Positions 37,920 through 46,555 of a DNA stretch of 61,684 nt are shown here, one piece after another; the first letter of the stretch is position 1, and each line of letters begins with the position of its first letter. Origin of the DNA: Methanobacteriota archaeon (GTDB lineage Archaea > Thermoplasmatota > Poseidoniia > Poseidoniales > Thalassarchaeaceae). The DNA is taken from assembly GCA_002717835.1 (NCBI GenBank), contig PBBV01000024.1, forward strand, positions 1-61,684. The letters run 5' to 3'. Both the position numbers and the translations under genes were made by a program. Under the pieces are notes generated by a model. It was not told where the DNA came from. It searched no databases and worked only from the letters and a program-made list of their open reading frames with translations.

Positions 37920-38966
37920 GTGACTCCAGTATCCGCTATTTTACTGTACGGCACTATCGCATTAGGGGTGTCATTCATCTGCTCTATTCTGGAGGCTGTG
38001 CTCTTGAGCACAACTAGAGGGCATATCCTAGCATTGCAGCCCAAAATGCCGACAACGGCTGGGAGGTGGCTGACGTTCAAGGACGACCCTGAGCGACCAC
38101 TAACGGCTATACTCACCCTAAATACGATCGCTCACACAGTTGGTGCACTGGGTGTGGGTTCGGAAGTAGAAAATGCGTATCCCGGCGAATATGCACTAGC
38201 AATTGCGTCAACCATACTCACACTGCTTGTACTACTTCTCTCCGAAATTCTTCCAAAGACGATAGGAACTCTCTATTGGAGAAGGCTCACCATAAGTGCG
38301 GGTTTAGTACTCCACTGGATGACTATTCTCCTAGCACCCATCATCTGGCCTATTGAGAAAACCCGTCGCCTCCTCCCCACAGTAAAAGAAGAAGCAATGA
38401 CCAGGGATGAGATTTCCGTCATAGCGGATATAGCCGAAGAAACGGATGTGATAGATGAAAGGGAAGAGAGTGTAATACAAAATCTCTTGATGCTCAAGGA
38501 AATGACCGTGGGCGACATTATGACGCCTCGAACCGTTATGACGTATGTTGAAGCTGATGAAACAGTAGGTTCAGTAATGAAGCGAATTCCCGTTATGGTT
38601 CACGGTAGAATGCCGGTTTTTGATGAAGACGCGGTAATAGGTATGGTACTAAGGTCAGACATTCTTCGGAACGCGGCAGCGGATAATTTCGATCCGTCCA
38701 TGACAGATATTATGCGTCCAATATCAAGCGTCCATTCCGATGGTTCCATAGACGCAGCACTGAGGATAATGCTTGAAAATAGAGTCCAAATATTGACTGT
38801 AGAAGAAGAGTTTGGGACCATCATTGGCCTAGTAACCATGGAGGATGTTATTGAAACTCTACTAGGTGTTGAGATAGTTGATGAAGCAGATATCGAGGGC
38901 ATGAAGGACGGAGCTGTTCGCGAAGACATGCGCGAGCTAGCTATGATGCGTCGAGAAGAGGAATGA
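37920..38966 (+). CDS. CNNM/DUF21 transmembrane domain plus CBS-pair protein (HlyC/CorC family, no CorC_HlyC C-domain)
   Basis: The DUF21 blocks FICSILEAVLLS and RPLTAILTLNTIAHTVGA are followed by DIMTPR and two CBS motifs. I propose the in-frame GTG start at 37920, because the track ORF start (37776) runs deep into metG. Confidence 0.75.
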   Translation: MTPVSAILLYGTIALGVSFICSILEAVLLSTTRGHILALQPKMPTTAGRWLTFKDDPERPLTAILTLNTIAHTVGALGVGSEVENAYPGEYALAIASTILTLLVLLLSEILPKTIGTLYWRRLTISAGLVLHWMTILLAPIIWPIEKTRRLLPTVKEEAMTRDEISVIADIAEETDVIDEREESVIQNLLMLKEMTVGDIMTPRTVMTYVEADETVGSVMKRIPVMVHGRMPVFDEDAVIGMVLRSDILRNAAADNFDPSMTDIMRPISSVHSDGSIDAALRIMLENRVQILTVEEEFGTIIGLVTMEDVIETLLGVEIVDEADIEGMKDGAVREDMRELAMMRREEE

Positions 38967-38967
38967 T

Positions 38968-39798
38968 TCAATCTAGGTTTGTCGTATCTTCTTCCTTCTC
39001 GGCGAGGAGGCCTCTCTTTTCTGCATAATCGCTAAGTTGGTCTAATCTCTTCAGCCAACCTTTGGAGCTCCCAGTCTTAGTGGATCTAACCAGCCAAACA
39101 CCACCAAATATCCTTTCCCATAGGCCCCTTTTTGCCATTGAGAACCGGGTCAACAACCAATCTAAAAATAGTGGAATCAAGAGTAGGAGCCCAATTATCC
39201 TGAATATTGCGGATCCGGTAGAATCCCCCAGGGGAGATGAGAGGTCCGAAAGCATGGTTAAGGCAGTTACGAGGCCTATAAGCGCGAATGGAAAGTTGAG
39301 TCCCTTTAGGAAAGTGTATGCCCATGAAGCATTATTGCCACCCGATGTTACAAACTTAGTACGTGATACGATATTCCCTATCGTTCTATTGAATCTGGAT
39401 GGAAGAAAACCGACATTGCCTATGTAAAGTAACGTACCTCCGATAATGAAGTAAGTAGCGTCAAAATTCAGGCCCCAGGCAAATACCCCTACTACGGGGA
39501 ATATCCACCCATAGCTGACTATGATATCCACAAATCTTCTGAATGCCATCTGTCCGCTGGTCGGTAGCTCGAATCCCTGGGGGAAAGATGGTAGATCAAC
39601 TGGATCTTTCGGCTCCTTAGTTTTCTTTTCTTTTTCACGTCGCCGGGAAAATCTAGACTCTTTTTTGGGCTTCTCAACTTTTGGAGTAGCCTTGGAAGGG
39701 ATCTTTTCAGGAGCCTTTGCTGGTGCTTTCTGAGGGCTATTCTTCTTAGTGGTCTCCTTTGGAGTTTTTCCGGATTCTGCCTTCTCTAGTAAGCCCAT
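38968..39798 (-). CDS. Membrane protein, possibly RDD family, with a Lys/Pro-rich N-terminal tail
   Basis: FRRFVDIIVSYG..., NRTIGNIVSRTKFV and LWERIFGGVWLV loosely fit the RDD pattern. The N-terminal 70 aa are K/P/E low complexity. Confidence 0.4.
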   Translation of the reverse strand: MGLLEKAESGKTPKETTKKNSPQKAPAKAPEKIPSKATPKVEKPKKESRFSRRREKEKKTKEPKDPVDLPSFPQGFELPTSGQMAFRRFVDIIVSYGWIFPVVGVFAWGLNFDATYFIIGGTLLYIGNVGFLPSRFNRTIGNIVSRTKFVTSGGNNASWAYTFLKGLNFPFALIGLVTALTMLSDLSSPLGDSTGSAIFRIIGLLLLIPLFLDWLLTRFSMAKRGLWERIFGGVWLVRSTKTGSSKGWLKRLDQLSDYAEKRGLLAEKEEDTTNLD

Positions 39799-39807
39799 GT
39801 CAACCCC

Positions 39808-40770
39808 TCACTGAAGCGCCTCGCCCATAGTCTTGTAGTGTTCAAAGTCCTCAGACTGTGTAAAAATCTCGATTTCCGATGCAGGAAGATCGCCTAAAAC
39901 TTCGTTGATGAGCGCAAAGAAGTCCCTCCTATCGTCTTCAGGAGCGTGATGGGGGTCCATTCCTACTTTTTTGTAAAGCTCATATGCATCAGATTCAGTG
40001 AAGGTTTGAATAAATTTTGAATCTTGATTTCCGAGAAGTGTGTCAACAATGCTGAAGAGCTTGGCAAAGTCATCATTGGCCTGCTTCAATCTGGTTATAG
40101 CTTCTGCAAATTCTTCAAATTCCATAGTCCCGCTTTCATCTACATCTGCGGTTTGGAAGAATTCCACCAACTCTTCTTCCTCAAATGAAGAAAGCATATC
40201 CGTGCTTATTCCCGTAGCATCTGAGACCTTCTCAATGAACGCTGGCTGATCCATAGAGTGAATGAACTCATCGAGTGTGAGATGATCAGTATCATTAGGC
40301 TTCTCAATTAGCTCGACAACTGGTGCGATATCTCTGACTATTTGTTGTTGTTCTTTCCTCATTACGATGATTTCTCTGTCCAATTCGGTTCCGAACCTAT
40401 CAGAAAATCTGTTGATTAGCGACCCTCTTTCACCTTTTGCGATTCTGTCTATGTGGCCATACATCCCGTCAAGGCCTTCGACGCCTATGTTGGCTGCCTT
40501 TCTAGCACTCCAGAGCGATTCCAGATCTTCTTCGGCGGGGTCTTTGGTTTTCTTTGACCATTCTTGATCGTACTCTCCCAGCTCAGGAGTCGTAACGGTT
40601 CCTTGTCCGCCCCCGATAGGAACGAGGCTGTCATAGTCTTCGTTCGAGGGGTTCTGAGGCGGTGGAGGCGGCATCATGGACCCTCCAAGACCATCTAATG
40701 GAGGCGGTGGTGGTGGAGGGGGCAAAGGGGGTAATTTCCCCTTCTTCTTACGCCGTGGTATTATGCCCAT
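39808..40770 (-). CDS. EF-hand-containing protein with an N-terminal polyproline tract
   Basis: Canonical 12-residue EF loop DVDESGTMEFEE (aa 209-220) flanked by helices. The N-terminus has PPLPPPPPPPP (8 consecutive Pro) and PPPPP. Confidence 0.55.
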   Translation of the reverse strand: MGIIPRRKKKGKLPPLPPPPPPPPLDGLGGSMMPPPPPQNPSNEDYDSLVPIGGGQGTVTTPELGEYDQEWSKKTKDPAEEDLESLWSARKAANIGVEGLDGMYGHIDRIAKGERGSLINRFSDRFGTELDREIIVMRKEQQQIVRDIAPVVELIEKPNDTDHLTLDEFIHSMDQPAFIEKVSDATGISTDMLSSFEEEELVEFFQTADVDESGTMEFEEFAEAITRLKQANDDFAKLFSIVDTLLGNQDSKFIQTFTESDAYELYKKVGMDPHHAPEDDRRDFFALINEVLGDLPASEIEIFTQSEDFEHYKTMGEALQ

Positions 40771-40832
40771 GATGTGCTCTCATCCAATTCGGGGTTTCAA
40801 GGTTCGCCGAATGTGTTGCTGATGTGTGCTAT

Positions 40833-42011
40833 TCAGGAGGGTACCAGTTCTGCCCATCCTTTGAGTTGTAAGAACATGGCCATACCCTCATCGACAACAT
40901 ACTCACTCCCAGAATTACCATCTATCTCTCTTTCATTTATTATAGCCCTGACATCATCGATCAAAAGGCGAATTTTTGTATTCTCGCTGCCGCCGAACAC
41001 TATTGCTTCCTTTAATGGATCGAAGGGTTTTGACCCGTCCGGGTCTAACCTCTCAAATGGTATCTCGGTAACTCTGAGACCAGATTTCCCATGTAGACTT
41101 CCAAGGTGTCTTATCACTCTCTTGACGTCGACTGTTACGTTCTCATCCGTTTCTCCGCCTATAACTGAGACAGAAGAATTCGCTCTTACGAGCGCCCAAA
41201 AAAGATTTGTTCCACTTTCTCCGAAAACGTTGGAAGAACCGCCCTTCAACCTTGTAACGTGATCTTGGCTAGAAGCCATTTCGATTAGTTTGGTCATCGT
41301 ACCACGACTCACTGGGTGATTCTGACTCTTGGCTTGTTCAATCAGACTATTGATGGTGGGTGATCCATTCCCTCCTTTTGAGGCATCTGCGAGCATGTTT
41401 GAGATCCTTTCTATTCCATCGTCGAGTCTCCTGGACCACCCTGAATCTTTCCTCTGGGTTGTCGATACATCAAGGCCGACACCTCGAATGTAGGTGACGA
41501 TCTCTCTCCGGGCGTTGGAGTCGAGGTGAAAGAGAGAAGGATCTCTGAGATGGATGTGAAAGCCGCGATGACCTGAAAAGGTGAATTGTGCATAATCTCT
41601 GTTGAATCCAAACTCCGGTTCAAGAAAATCATTCCAAAGGGACCATGCCTGATCCTGTATGGCGGATATCAGATTAGGAAAATCCGTGGGGCTGATACCA
41701 TGTAAATGATCGCCATCTAAATCAAAGATCAGGTCAGCTCCCCTCCAGCCCTTGTCAGACATCGTTCTTTGAGATGGATCATCGTAGTAAGCCGTCGAGT
41801 GGAAACAAGAGTGGGGGAATCTCTGGCAGAGGTACGAATGGAGTGCTCCTGCATCCGTGAATGATCGGTGCCGATCTGTTGGCCTATCACCCCACGGCAT
41901 GAACATCCATTCGCGCCGTCTAAGTCGCGGTGGGAGCCAGATATCGCTTGGTTCCATAGATCTGTAGAAGTCGGCAAACCTCGAACCTATACGACTCCAA
42001 CCCTTAGCCAC
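40833..42011 (-). CDS. priS: DNA primase small (catalytic) subunit PriS
   Basis: ADLIFDLDGDHL (catalytic DxD), FSGHRGFHIH and REWMF are archaeo-eukaryotic primase motifs. Confidence 0.88.
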   Translation of the reverse strand: MAKGWSRIGSRFADFYRSMEPSDIWLPPRLRRREWMFMPWGDRPTDRHRSFTDAGALHSYLCQRFPHSCFHSTAYYDDPSQRTMSDKGWRGADLIFDLDGDHLHGISPTDFPNLISAIQDQAWSLWNDFLEPEFGFNRDYAQFTFSGHRGFHIHLRDPSLFHLDSNARREIVTYIRGVGLDVSTTQRKDSGWSRRLDDGIERISNMLADASKGGNGSPTINSLIEQAKSQNHPVSRGTMTKLIEMASSQDHVTRLKGGSSNVFGESGTNLFWALVRANSSVSVIGGETDENVTVDVKRVIRHLGSLHGKSGLRVTEIPFERLDPDGSKPFDPLKEAIVFGGSENTKIRLLIDDVRAIINEREIDGNSGSEYVVDEGMAMFLQLKGWAELVPS

Positions 42012-42047
42012 ATCTGAGCGATTGGAGGTCGGACCTTCAAGATGGCG

Positions 42048-42242
42048 TCATTCCATCCTCAAGCCTGGTACGGTTTTAGGCTCGGTGGAAGATTCTGCTC
42101 CTGTTAGTTCGAGATATGCCTCGTATGACAAATACTCGCCATCATGAACAATCGCCTCTGAAAATTTCAAGGGCTTTCCGGTCTTAGCACATTTTGGCCC
42201 AAGCTGACCCGTTGCAGTTGAGAGCCTGTCTGGATCGGGCAT
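42048..42242 (-). CDS. Hypothetical small protein upstream of priS (start uncertain; the long form runs to 42362)
   Basis: ORF only. The long form has a Cys/His-rich N-terminus but would overlap the divergent mqnD start. It may not be a gene. Confidence 0.25.
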   Translation of the reverse strand: MPDPDRLSTATGQLGPKCAKTGKPLKFSEAIVHDGEYLSYEAYLELTGAESSTEPKTVPGLRME

Positions 42243-42331
42243 GTAACTCCCAGAAGGCCCAGATACTTCATGGTGGCGATTGTCATGGTGTTTGCCAAGG
42301 CAATTTATACAACCTAGGACGCGCCTGGTCC

Positions 42332-43189
42332 ATGACAACTCGGTACAGCATCGGCCATTCACCAGATCCGGATGACGCTTTCATGTTCTATGCCATGACT
42401 GAATCTCTAATTGACACGGACGACAGGCGATACGAACACGTCCTTGTAGACATTCAGACGCTTAACCAACAAGCCCTGGACGGCGCTCACGATGTAAGCG
42501 CTGTCTCGATACATTCCTATCCTACAATTGCCAATAATTACTCATTGATGAATTGCGGAGCATCCATGGGTGAGGGGTATGGTCCAATGATAATATCCAC
42601 CTCTGAGTCGACAGTAGAGGAGGCTTCTAAATCCACAATAGCAATTCCTGGACTCGGCACCTCAGCATACCTAGCATTGAGGCTAGCATTGGGGGATGTC
42701 AATGTAGAAGTTATGCCCTTTGACGAGATACTCCCCTCAGTCGCATCCGGAAAGTCGACTCATGGTCTGATCATTCACGAGGGCCAATTGACCTGGAAAG
42801 ATGAAGGGGTTCATTTGGTCTTAGACCTGGGAATTTGGTGGAATGAAAAAACCGGACTACCACTTCCCTTAGGTGGAAATGTCGTGTTAAGATCTCATGG
42901 ATCAGAAATGTGTGAACACATCGCCAATGACGTCCGCCTCTCTATTGAGCACGCGATAAAAAATCCTGATTCGGCGTTATCGTTCGCAAAGAAATGGGGT
43001 CGAGGGATTTCAGATGAAACCAACAAAAAATTCGTTGGAATGTATGTCAACCAGAGGACCATAGATTATGGCGACGACGGTCGTGAAGCTGTCATGAGGT
43101 TTCTGGAAGAGGGTCAATCAATTGGTTTGGTTGACTCGGACTTTGACCCGAGAGCCATTGATTTCATAGGCAGGGCACGTAGCCGATAA
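42332..43189 (+). CDS. mqnD: 1,4-dihydroxy-6-naphthoate synthase-like protein (MqnD family, futalosine pathway)
   Basis: SIGHSPDPDDAFMFYA (compare GHSPCPND), LVLDLGIWWNEKTGLPLPLGGNVV and IIHEGQLT. The start is taken at internal Met 47 of the track ORF. Confidence 0.75.
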   Translation: MTTRYSIGHSPDPDDAFMFYAMTESLIDTDDRRYEHVLVDIQTLNQQALDGAHDVSAVSIHSYPTIANNYSLMNCGASMGEGYGPMIISTSESTVEEASKSTIAIPGLGTSAYLALRLALGDVNVEVMPFDEILPSVASGKSTHGLIIHEGQLTWKDEGVHLVLDLGIWWNEKTGLPLPLGGNVVLRSHGSEMCEHIANDVRLSIEHAIKNPDSALSFAKKWGRGISDETNKKFVGMYVNQRTIDYGDDGREAVMRFLEEGQSIGLVDSDFDPRAIDFIGRARSR

Positions 43190-43192
43190 AAC

Positions 43193-43672
43193 ATGAACAA
43201 ACCAGAGGTATCCGAGTTCGATTCTGTCGATCCCGCACCTGCAAGTGATATACTGTCCGTGCCGACTCTGAGAGAAACCATATGTAACGAAGAAGAGAGA
43301 ATGTTCCTGAGAATGAGGGCTCTCTTCGCATTAAGAAATATTGGTGGTAACGACGCTGTTGAAGCACTTGCTGCAGCATATTCTTCGAAATCAGCGCTTC
43401 TTAAACATGAGATAGCTTATGTCATGGGACAGATGCAGGAACCCGCAGCAGTGCCTCATCTGATAAGTCGTCTTGAGGATCGAGATGAAGATCTCATGGT
43501 ACGCCATGAGGCTGCAGAGGCCCTTGGAGCAATAGGAGATAGAGCAGCGTTAGCAACATTAAGCAAATTCATAGGAGATCCAGAACCGGTGATAGCGGAG
43601 TCCTGCGAAGTTGCGATGGATTTATTGGAATACGTTGCGTCAAAGTCATTAAATTACGAAATGACTGATTGA
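43193..43672 (+). CDS. Half-length deoxyhypusine-hydroxylase-like HEAT-repeat protein (putative di-iron site His-Glu motifs)
   Basis: 159 aa. The blocks SVDPAP, RMRALFALRNIGG, SALLKHEIAYVMGQMQ, LMVRHEAAEALGAIGD and ESCEVAMD match the hallmark blocks of eukaryotic DOHH/Lia1 as I recall them. Two His-Glu pairs (H72E73, H105E106) lie 33 residues apart. It starts 4 nt after the mqnD stop. Confidence 0.7.
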   Translation: MNKPEVSEFDSVDPAPASDILSVPTLRETICNEEERMFLRMRALFALRNIGGNDAVEALAAAYSSKSALLKHEIAYVMGQMQEPAAVPHLISRLEDRDEDLMVRHEAAEALGAIGDRAALATLSKFIGDPEPVIAESCEVAMDLLEYVASKSLNYEMTD

Positions 43673-44460
43673 ATGTTTCTTTGAACTAAACCGGTATCCA
43701 TACCACATACATCTACGAGAAAGCGAGCTAGTCCTTCTACAGACTGTTCGTCGAGTAAGTTAGATACCTCTGAACGAAAGTATTGGTCCATTCTGCTCGG
43801 TGTGAGACCTATCTTGTCAGCGGCTATGCGTACTACCTCATCTCTTCTGTGGTTGTCATGAAGGAAGGCTTGGTAATTGGCGATTAGATCTGTCTTAGCC
43901 TCTGATATGTCCTGATCGCCAGATGACATGTGTGTGGCGAAGACGCCGAAAACCATTGGGAGCCCTGTTACGCGAGTCCACTCCGCTCCTAGGTCCAATT
44001 GGACCAGAGATGGATGTTCTGAAGCCGCCCTAAGTGCCCTATCCCCAATGAGTAGAGCCCCGTCACACTGTTGGAGCATGGAACCCAAATCAGGCCCCAG
44101 ATCAATGGCACGAGGGTCTAAACCCTGTTTATCTAGATACCATCTTAGCAGTTTCTTTGATGTTGATGAGTCAGTTGGAAATGCTATATCTCTCATATGG
44201 TCCGGAGGGCGATCTCCAAAAAGTAGTACGCTTCCAACGTGCCCCATCGAAACTATTCCGAGATCCCCTACAAGACGCAGGATGTCGCTGTGTTTCGCGA
44301 AATCAGCAGAGGGAATCGGTGCCATTAAACAATCTCTTCTTGTTACGTGTCCCGTCAACCACGAGGGCGGGGCCGGCAATACTCGCCATTTTTTCGAAAG
44401 ATTGTGATACAGGGGGTCGCAATTAGTGAAAGCCACGCGTCCTATGGTCCTGTTCCACAT
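43654..44460 (-). CDS. mqnA: Chorismate dehydratase-like protein (MqnA family)
   Basis: RVAFTNCDPLYHNL, SVLLFGDRP, GALLIGDRALR, LDLGAEWTRVTGLPMVFGVF. Confidence 0.7.
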   Translation of the reverse strand: MWNRTIGRVAFTNCDPLYHNLSKKWRVLPAPPSWLTGHVTRRDCLMAPIPSADFAKHSDILRLVGDLGIVSMGHVGSVLLFGDRPPDHMRDIAFPTDSSTSKKLLRWYLDKQGLDPRAIDLGPDLGSMLQQCDGALLIGDRALRAASEHPSLVQLDLGAEWTRVTGLPMVFGVFATHMSSGDQDISEAKTDLIANYQAFLHDNHRRDEVVRIAADKIGLTPSRMDQYFRSEVSNLLDEQSVEGLARFLVDVCGMDTGLVQRNIQSVIS

Positions 44461-44464
44461 AGTC

Positions 44465-45712
44465 TCAACTCAATACTGGTAATGTTTTGGCTTCTGGGCG
44501 GTTTTTCAAAGTGTGTGATTTGAATTTAGTGTATGTTGTATTTCTCTGGACGGCCGCTTGTCCCGAGGATTCTATCATGCGTATCAAGCCATCCATGCCT
44601 GTATTGAGAGGTGTGTTAGAGCCTGCAGAATGCATAATTTCTTCTTTTTCTACTGTTCCATCGAGATCATCTGCACCGTTGAGTATTGCGAGTGATGCGA
44701 GATCATCTCCGATGTTCATTCTGTAGGCTTTCAAATGAGGTATGTTATCAAGCATAAGTCGGGATATCGAAATCGTTCTTAGGACCTCTTCAGCACTTGG
44801 TATCTTAGCTTCAGGCAAACGTGTTTTATCGGGGAGAAATGGGTATGGTACAAAGCATTGGAATCCAGAAGTGTCATCTTGCAATCTTCTGAGCAAATCC
44901 AGATGCGTGATTCTGTCTTCGAGTGTTTCTACGGTTCCAAACAACATGGTACAGTTGGAAGGAATACCAATTTCATGTGCAGATCTGTGTATGGAAAGGT
45001 ACTCTAAGCTAGATTCTTTGCCTCTGCAAATTCTATCCCTCACAGAATCAACGAGTATCTCCGCTCCGCCACCAGGAATTGCATCCAGGCCCGCTTTCTT
45101 CAGTCGCGCGAGAGTTTGGAGTATGGATATCCCGGTACGCTTAGCGATATGTTTGATTTCCACTGCGGTTAGGGATTTTATTGTGATGTGTGGGAATTCA
45201 ATCTTCATGGCGCGATATAGATTTTCATAGTGCTCGATGGTCCATTCTGGGTGGAGTCCTCCAACTGAATGTACTTCGTCGATAGATTCTGAGTACGGAC
45301 GGACACGATCTAGGTATTCTTCTATCGAAAGCGAATATGCGTCTTCATGTCTGGCACCTTTCCTGAACGCGCAAAATCTACAAGCCAGAACACATATGTT
45401 GGTTGTATTAACATGAAGGTTGAGATTGAAGTGAACCTTTTTCCCGTGCTTTCTGGTTTTAACGGAGTGAGCCAACTGGCCAAGTTGTATTAGAGGAGCG
45501 TTTTTGTAAAGCGACAAACCCAAATCTACGTCGATTCTACCGCCTTCTGAAATGATTGTCTGAGCCCTGTCAATGAGATCTTTGACTTCCAAGTCTGCCA
45601 TATTGAGATCCAGCGGCATGGTGCCGCTGTCATTGTGCATGTATTCCCAATTCGGACCCCCATCTATAACTGAATGGCTAACTCCATAGCACCCAAAACG
45701 ATAGGGAACCAA
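44465..45712 (-). CDS. Radical-SAM enzyme of the MqnE/MqnC (CofH/ThiH-like) family
   Basis: NTTNICVLACRFCAF (CxxxCxxC cluster), HSVGGLHPEW and GLDAIPGGGAEI. I cannot tell aminofutalosine synthase from dehypoxanthine-futalosine cyclase by eye. The N-terminal start is uncertain. Confidence 0.75.
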   Translation of the reverse strand: MVPYRFGCYGVSHSVIDGGPNWEYMHNDSGTMPLDLNMADLEVKDLIDRAQTIISEGGRIDVDLGLSLYKNAPLIQLGQLAHSVKTRKHGKKVHFNLNLHVNTTNICVLACRFCAFRKGARHEDAYSLSIEEYLDRVRPYSESIDEVHSVGGLHPEWTIEHYENLYRAMKIEFPHITIKSLTAVEIKHIAKRTGISILQTLARLKKAGLDAIPGGGAEILVDSVRDRICRGKESSLEYLSIHRSAHEIGIPSNCTMLFGTVETLEDRITHLDLLRRLQDDTSGFQCFVPYPFLPDKTRLPEAKIPSAEEVLRTISISRLMLDNIPHLKAYRMNIGDDLASLAILNGADDLDGTVEKEEIMHSAGSNTPLNTGMDGLIRMIESSGQAAVQRNTTYTKFKSHTLKNRPEAKTLPVLS

Positions 45713-45739
45713 TAAGGACCAATAGAATCACGTCGATAC

Positions 45740-46555
45740 ATGCAGAGTCAGTCTGTGGAAGAATTGAATGCGTCTGCATCGAAGTGTAGGAAGCGAATAG
45801 TAGACATGGTCTACAAGGCCAAGTCCGGGCACCCCGGAGGCTCATTGTCCTGTATAGACATACTCGTTGCATTATACAAGGGCGTCATGAGATTCGATTC
45901 TAATAACCCCAGTTGGGATGATCGTGACAGGTTTATCATGAGTAAAGGGCACGCTAGTCCCGCTGTATATTCCATTTTGAGGGAGGTAGGAATCCTGCAG
46001 GATTCCGATCTAAATGGTTTTAGATCATTGGGTTCTGTCTGTCAAGGACATGTCGATAGAAAGTGGACGGAGGGGGTTGACTTCTCAGCTGGTAGTCTGG
46101 GTATGGGCCTATCATTCGGGCTCGGTTCGGCGCTCGCCGCTAGGCTCGATGGGTCCAAAAGGCATACATGGGTATTGTTAGGTGATGGTGAAATACAGGA
46201 GGGTCAAATATGGGAAGCTGCAATGGCCGCATCTCATCTCGAAGTAAGTAATCTAACCGCCATTATCGACAAGAATAGAATACAGAATGACAATTTCGTG
46301 GATGACCAAATGCGTGTCGGAGACATCGGTTCCAAATTCAAATCATTTGGATGGAATGTAATCAACATTAATGGGCACGATATGCATGAGATAGTGAGTG
46401 CTCTCAAAGATTCCAAGACAGGTAACGGCCCTACTGCCATTATAGCATCGACAGTGAAAGGAAAAGGAGTATCATATATGGAAAATAATCCTGCATTTCA
46501 TGGGGCAGCACCTAATGATGAACAATATGCCTTGGCGATGGAGGAATTGTCATGA
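45740..46555 (+). CDS. Transketolase, N-terminal (TPP-binding) subunit
   Basis: SGHPGGSLSCIDILVALY, SKGHASPAVYS, LLGDGEIQEGQIWEA. Confidence 0.9.
   Translation: MQSQSVEELNASASKCRKRIVDMVYKAKSGHPGGSLSCIDILVALYKGVMRFDSNNPSWDDRDRFIMSKGHASPAVYSILREVGILQDSDLNGFRSLGSVCQGHVDRKWTEGVDFSAGSLGMGLSFGLGSALAARLDGSKRHTWVLLGDGEIQEGQIWEAAMAASHLEVSNLTAIIDKNRIQNDNFVDDQMRVGDIGSKFKSFGWNVININGHDMHEIVSALKDSKTGNGPTAIIASTVKGKGVSYMENNPAFHGAAPNDEQYALAMEELS

Noticed and set aside
40676-40745. A G-rich run (GGAGGCGGTGGTGGTGGAGGGGGCAAAGGGGG) that looked like a simple-sequence repeat or G-quadruplex motif.
   Set aside because: It is the antisense of in-frame CCN proline codons of the 39808-40770 ORF. I treat it as coding and discuss it under the polyproline finding.
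42194-42331. A 46-aa N-terminal extension of the mqnD-like ORF (track ORF starts at 42194), and the Cys/His-rich long form of the minus-strand ORF to 42362.
   Set aside because: MqnD homologues start a few residues before GHSP. The extension and the long antisense form overlap each other, so at most one can be real. I kept the short forms at low confidence.
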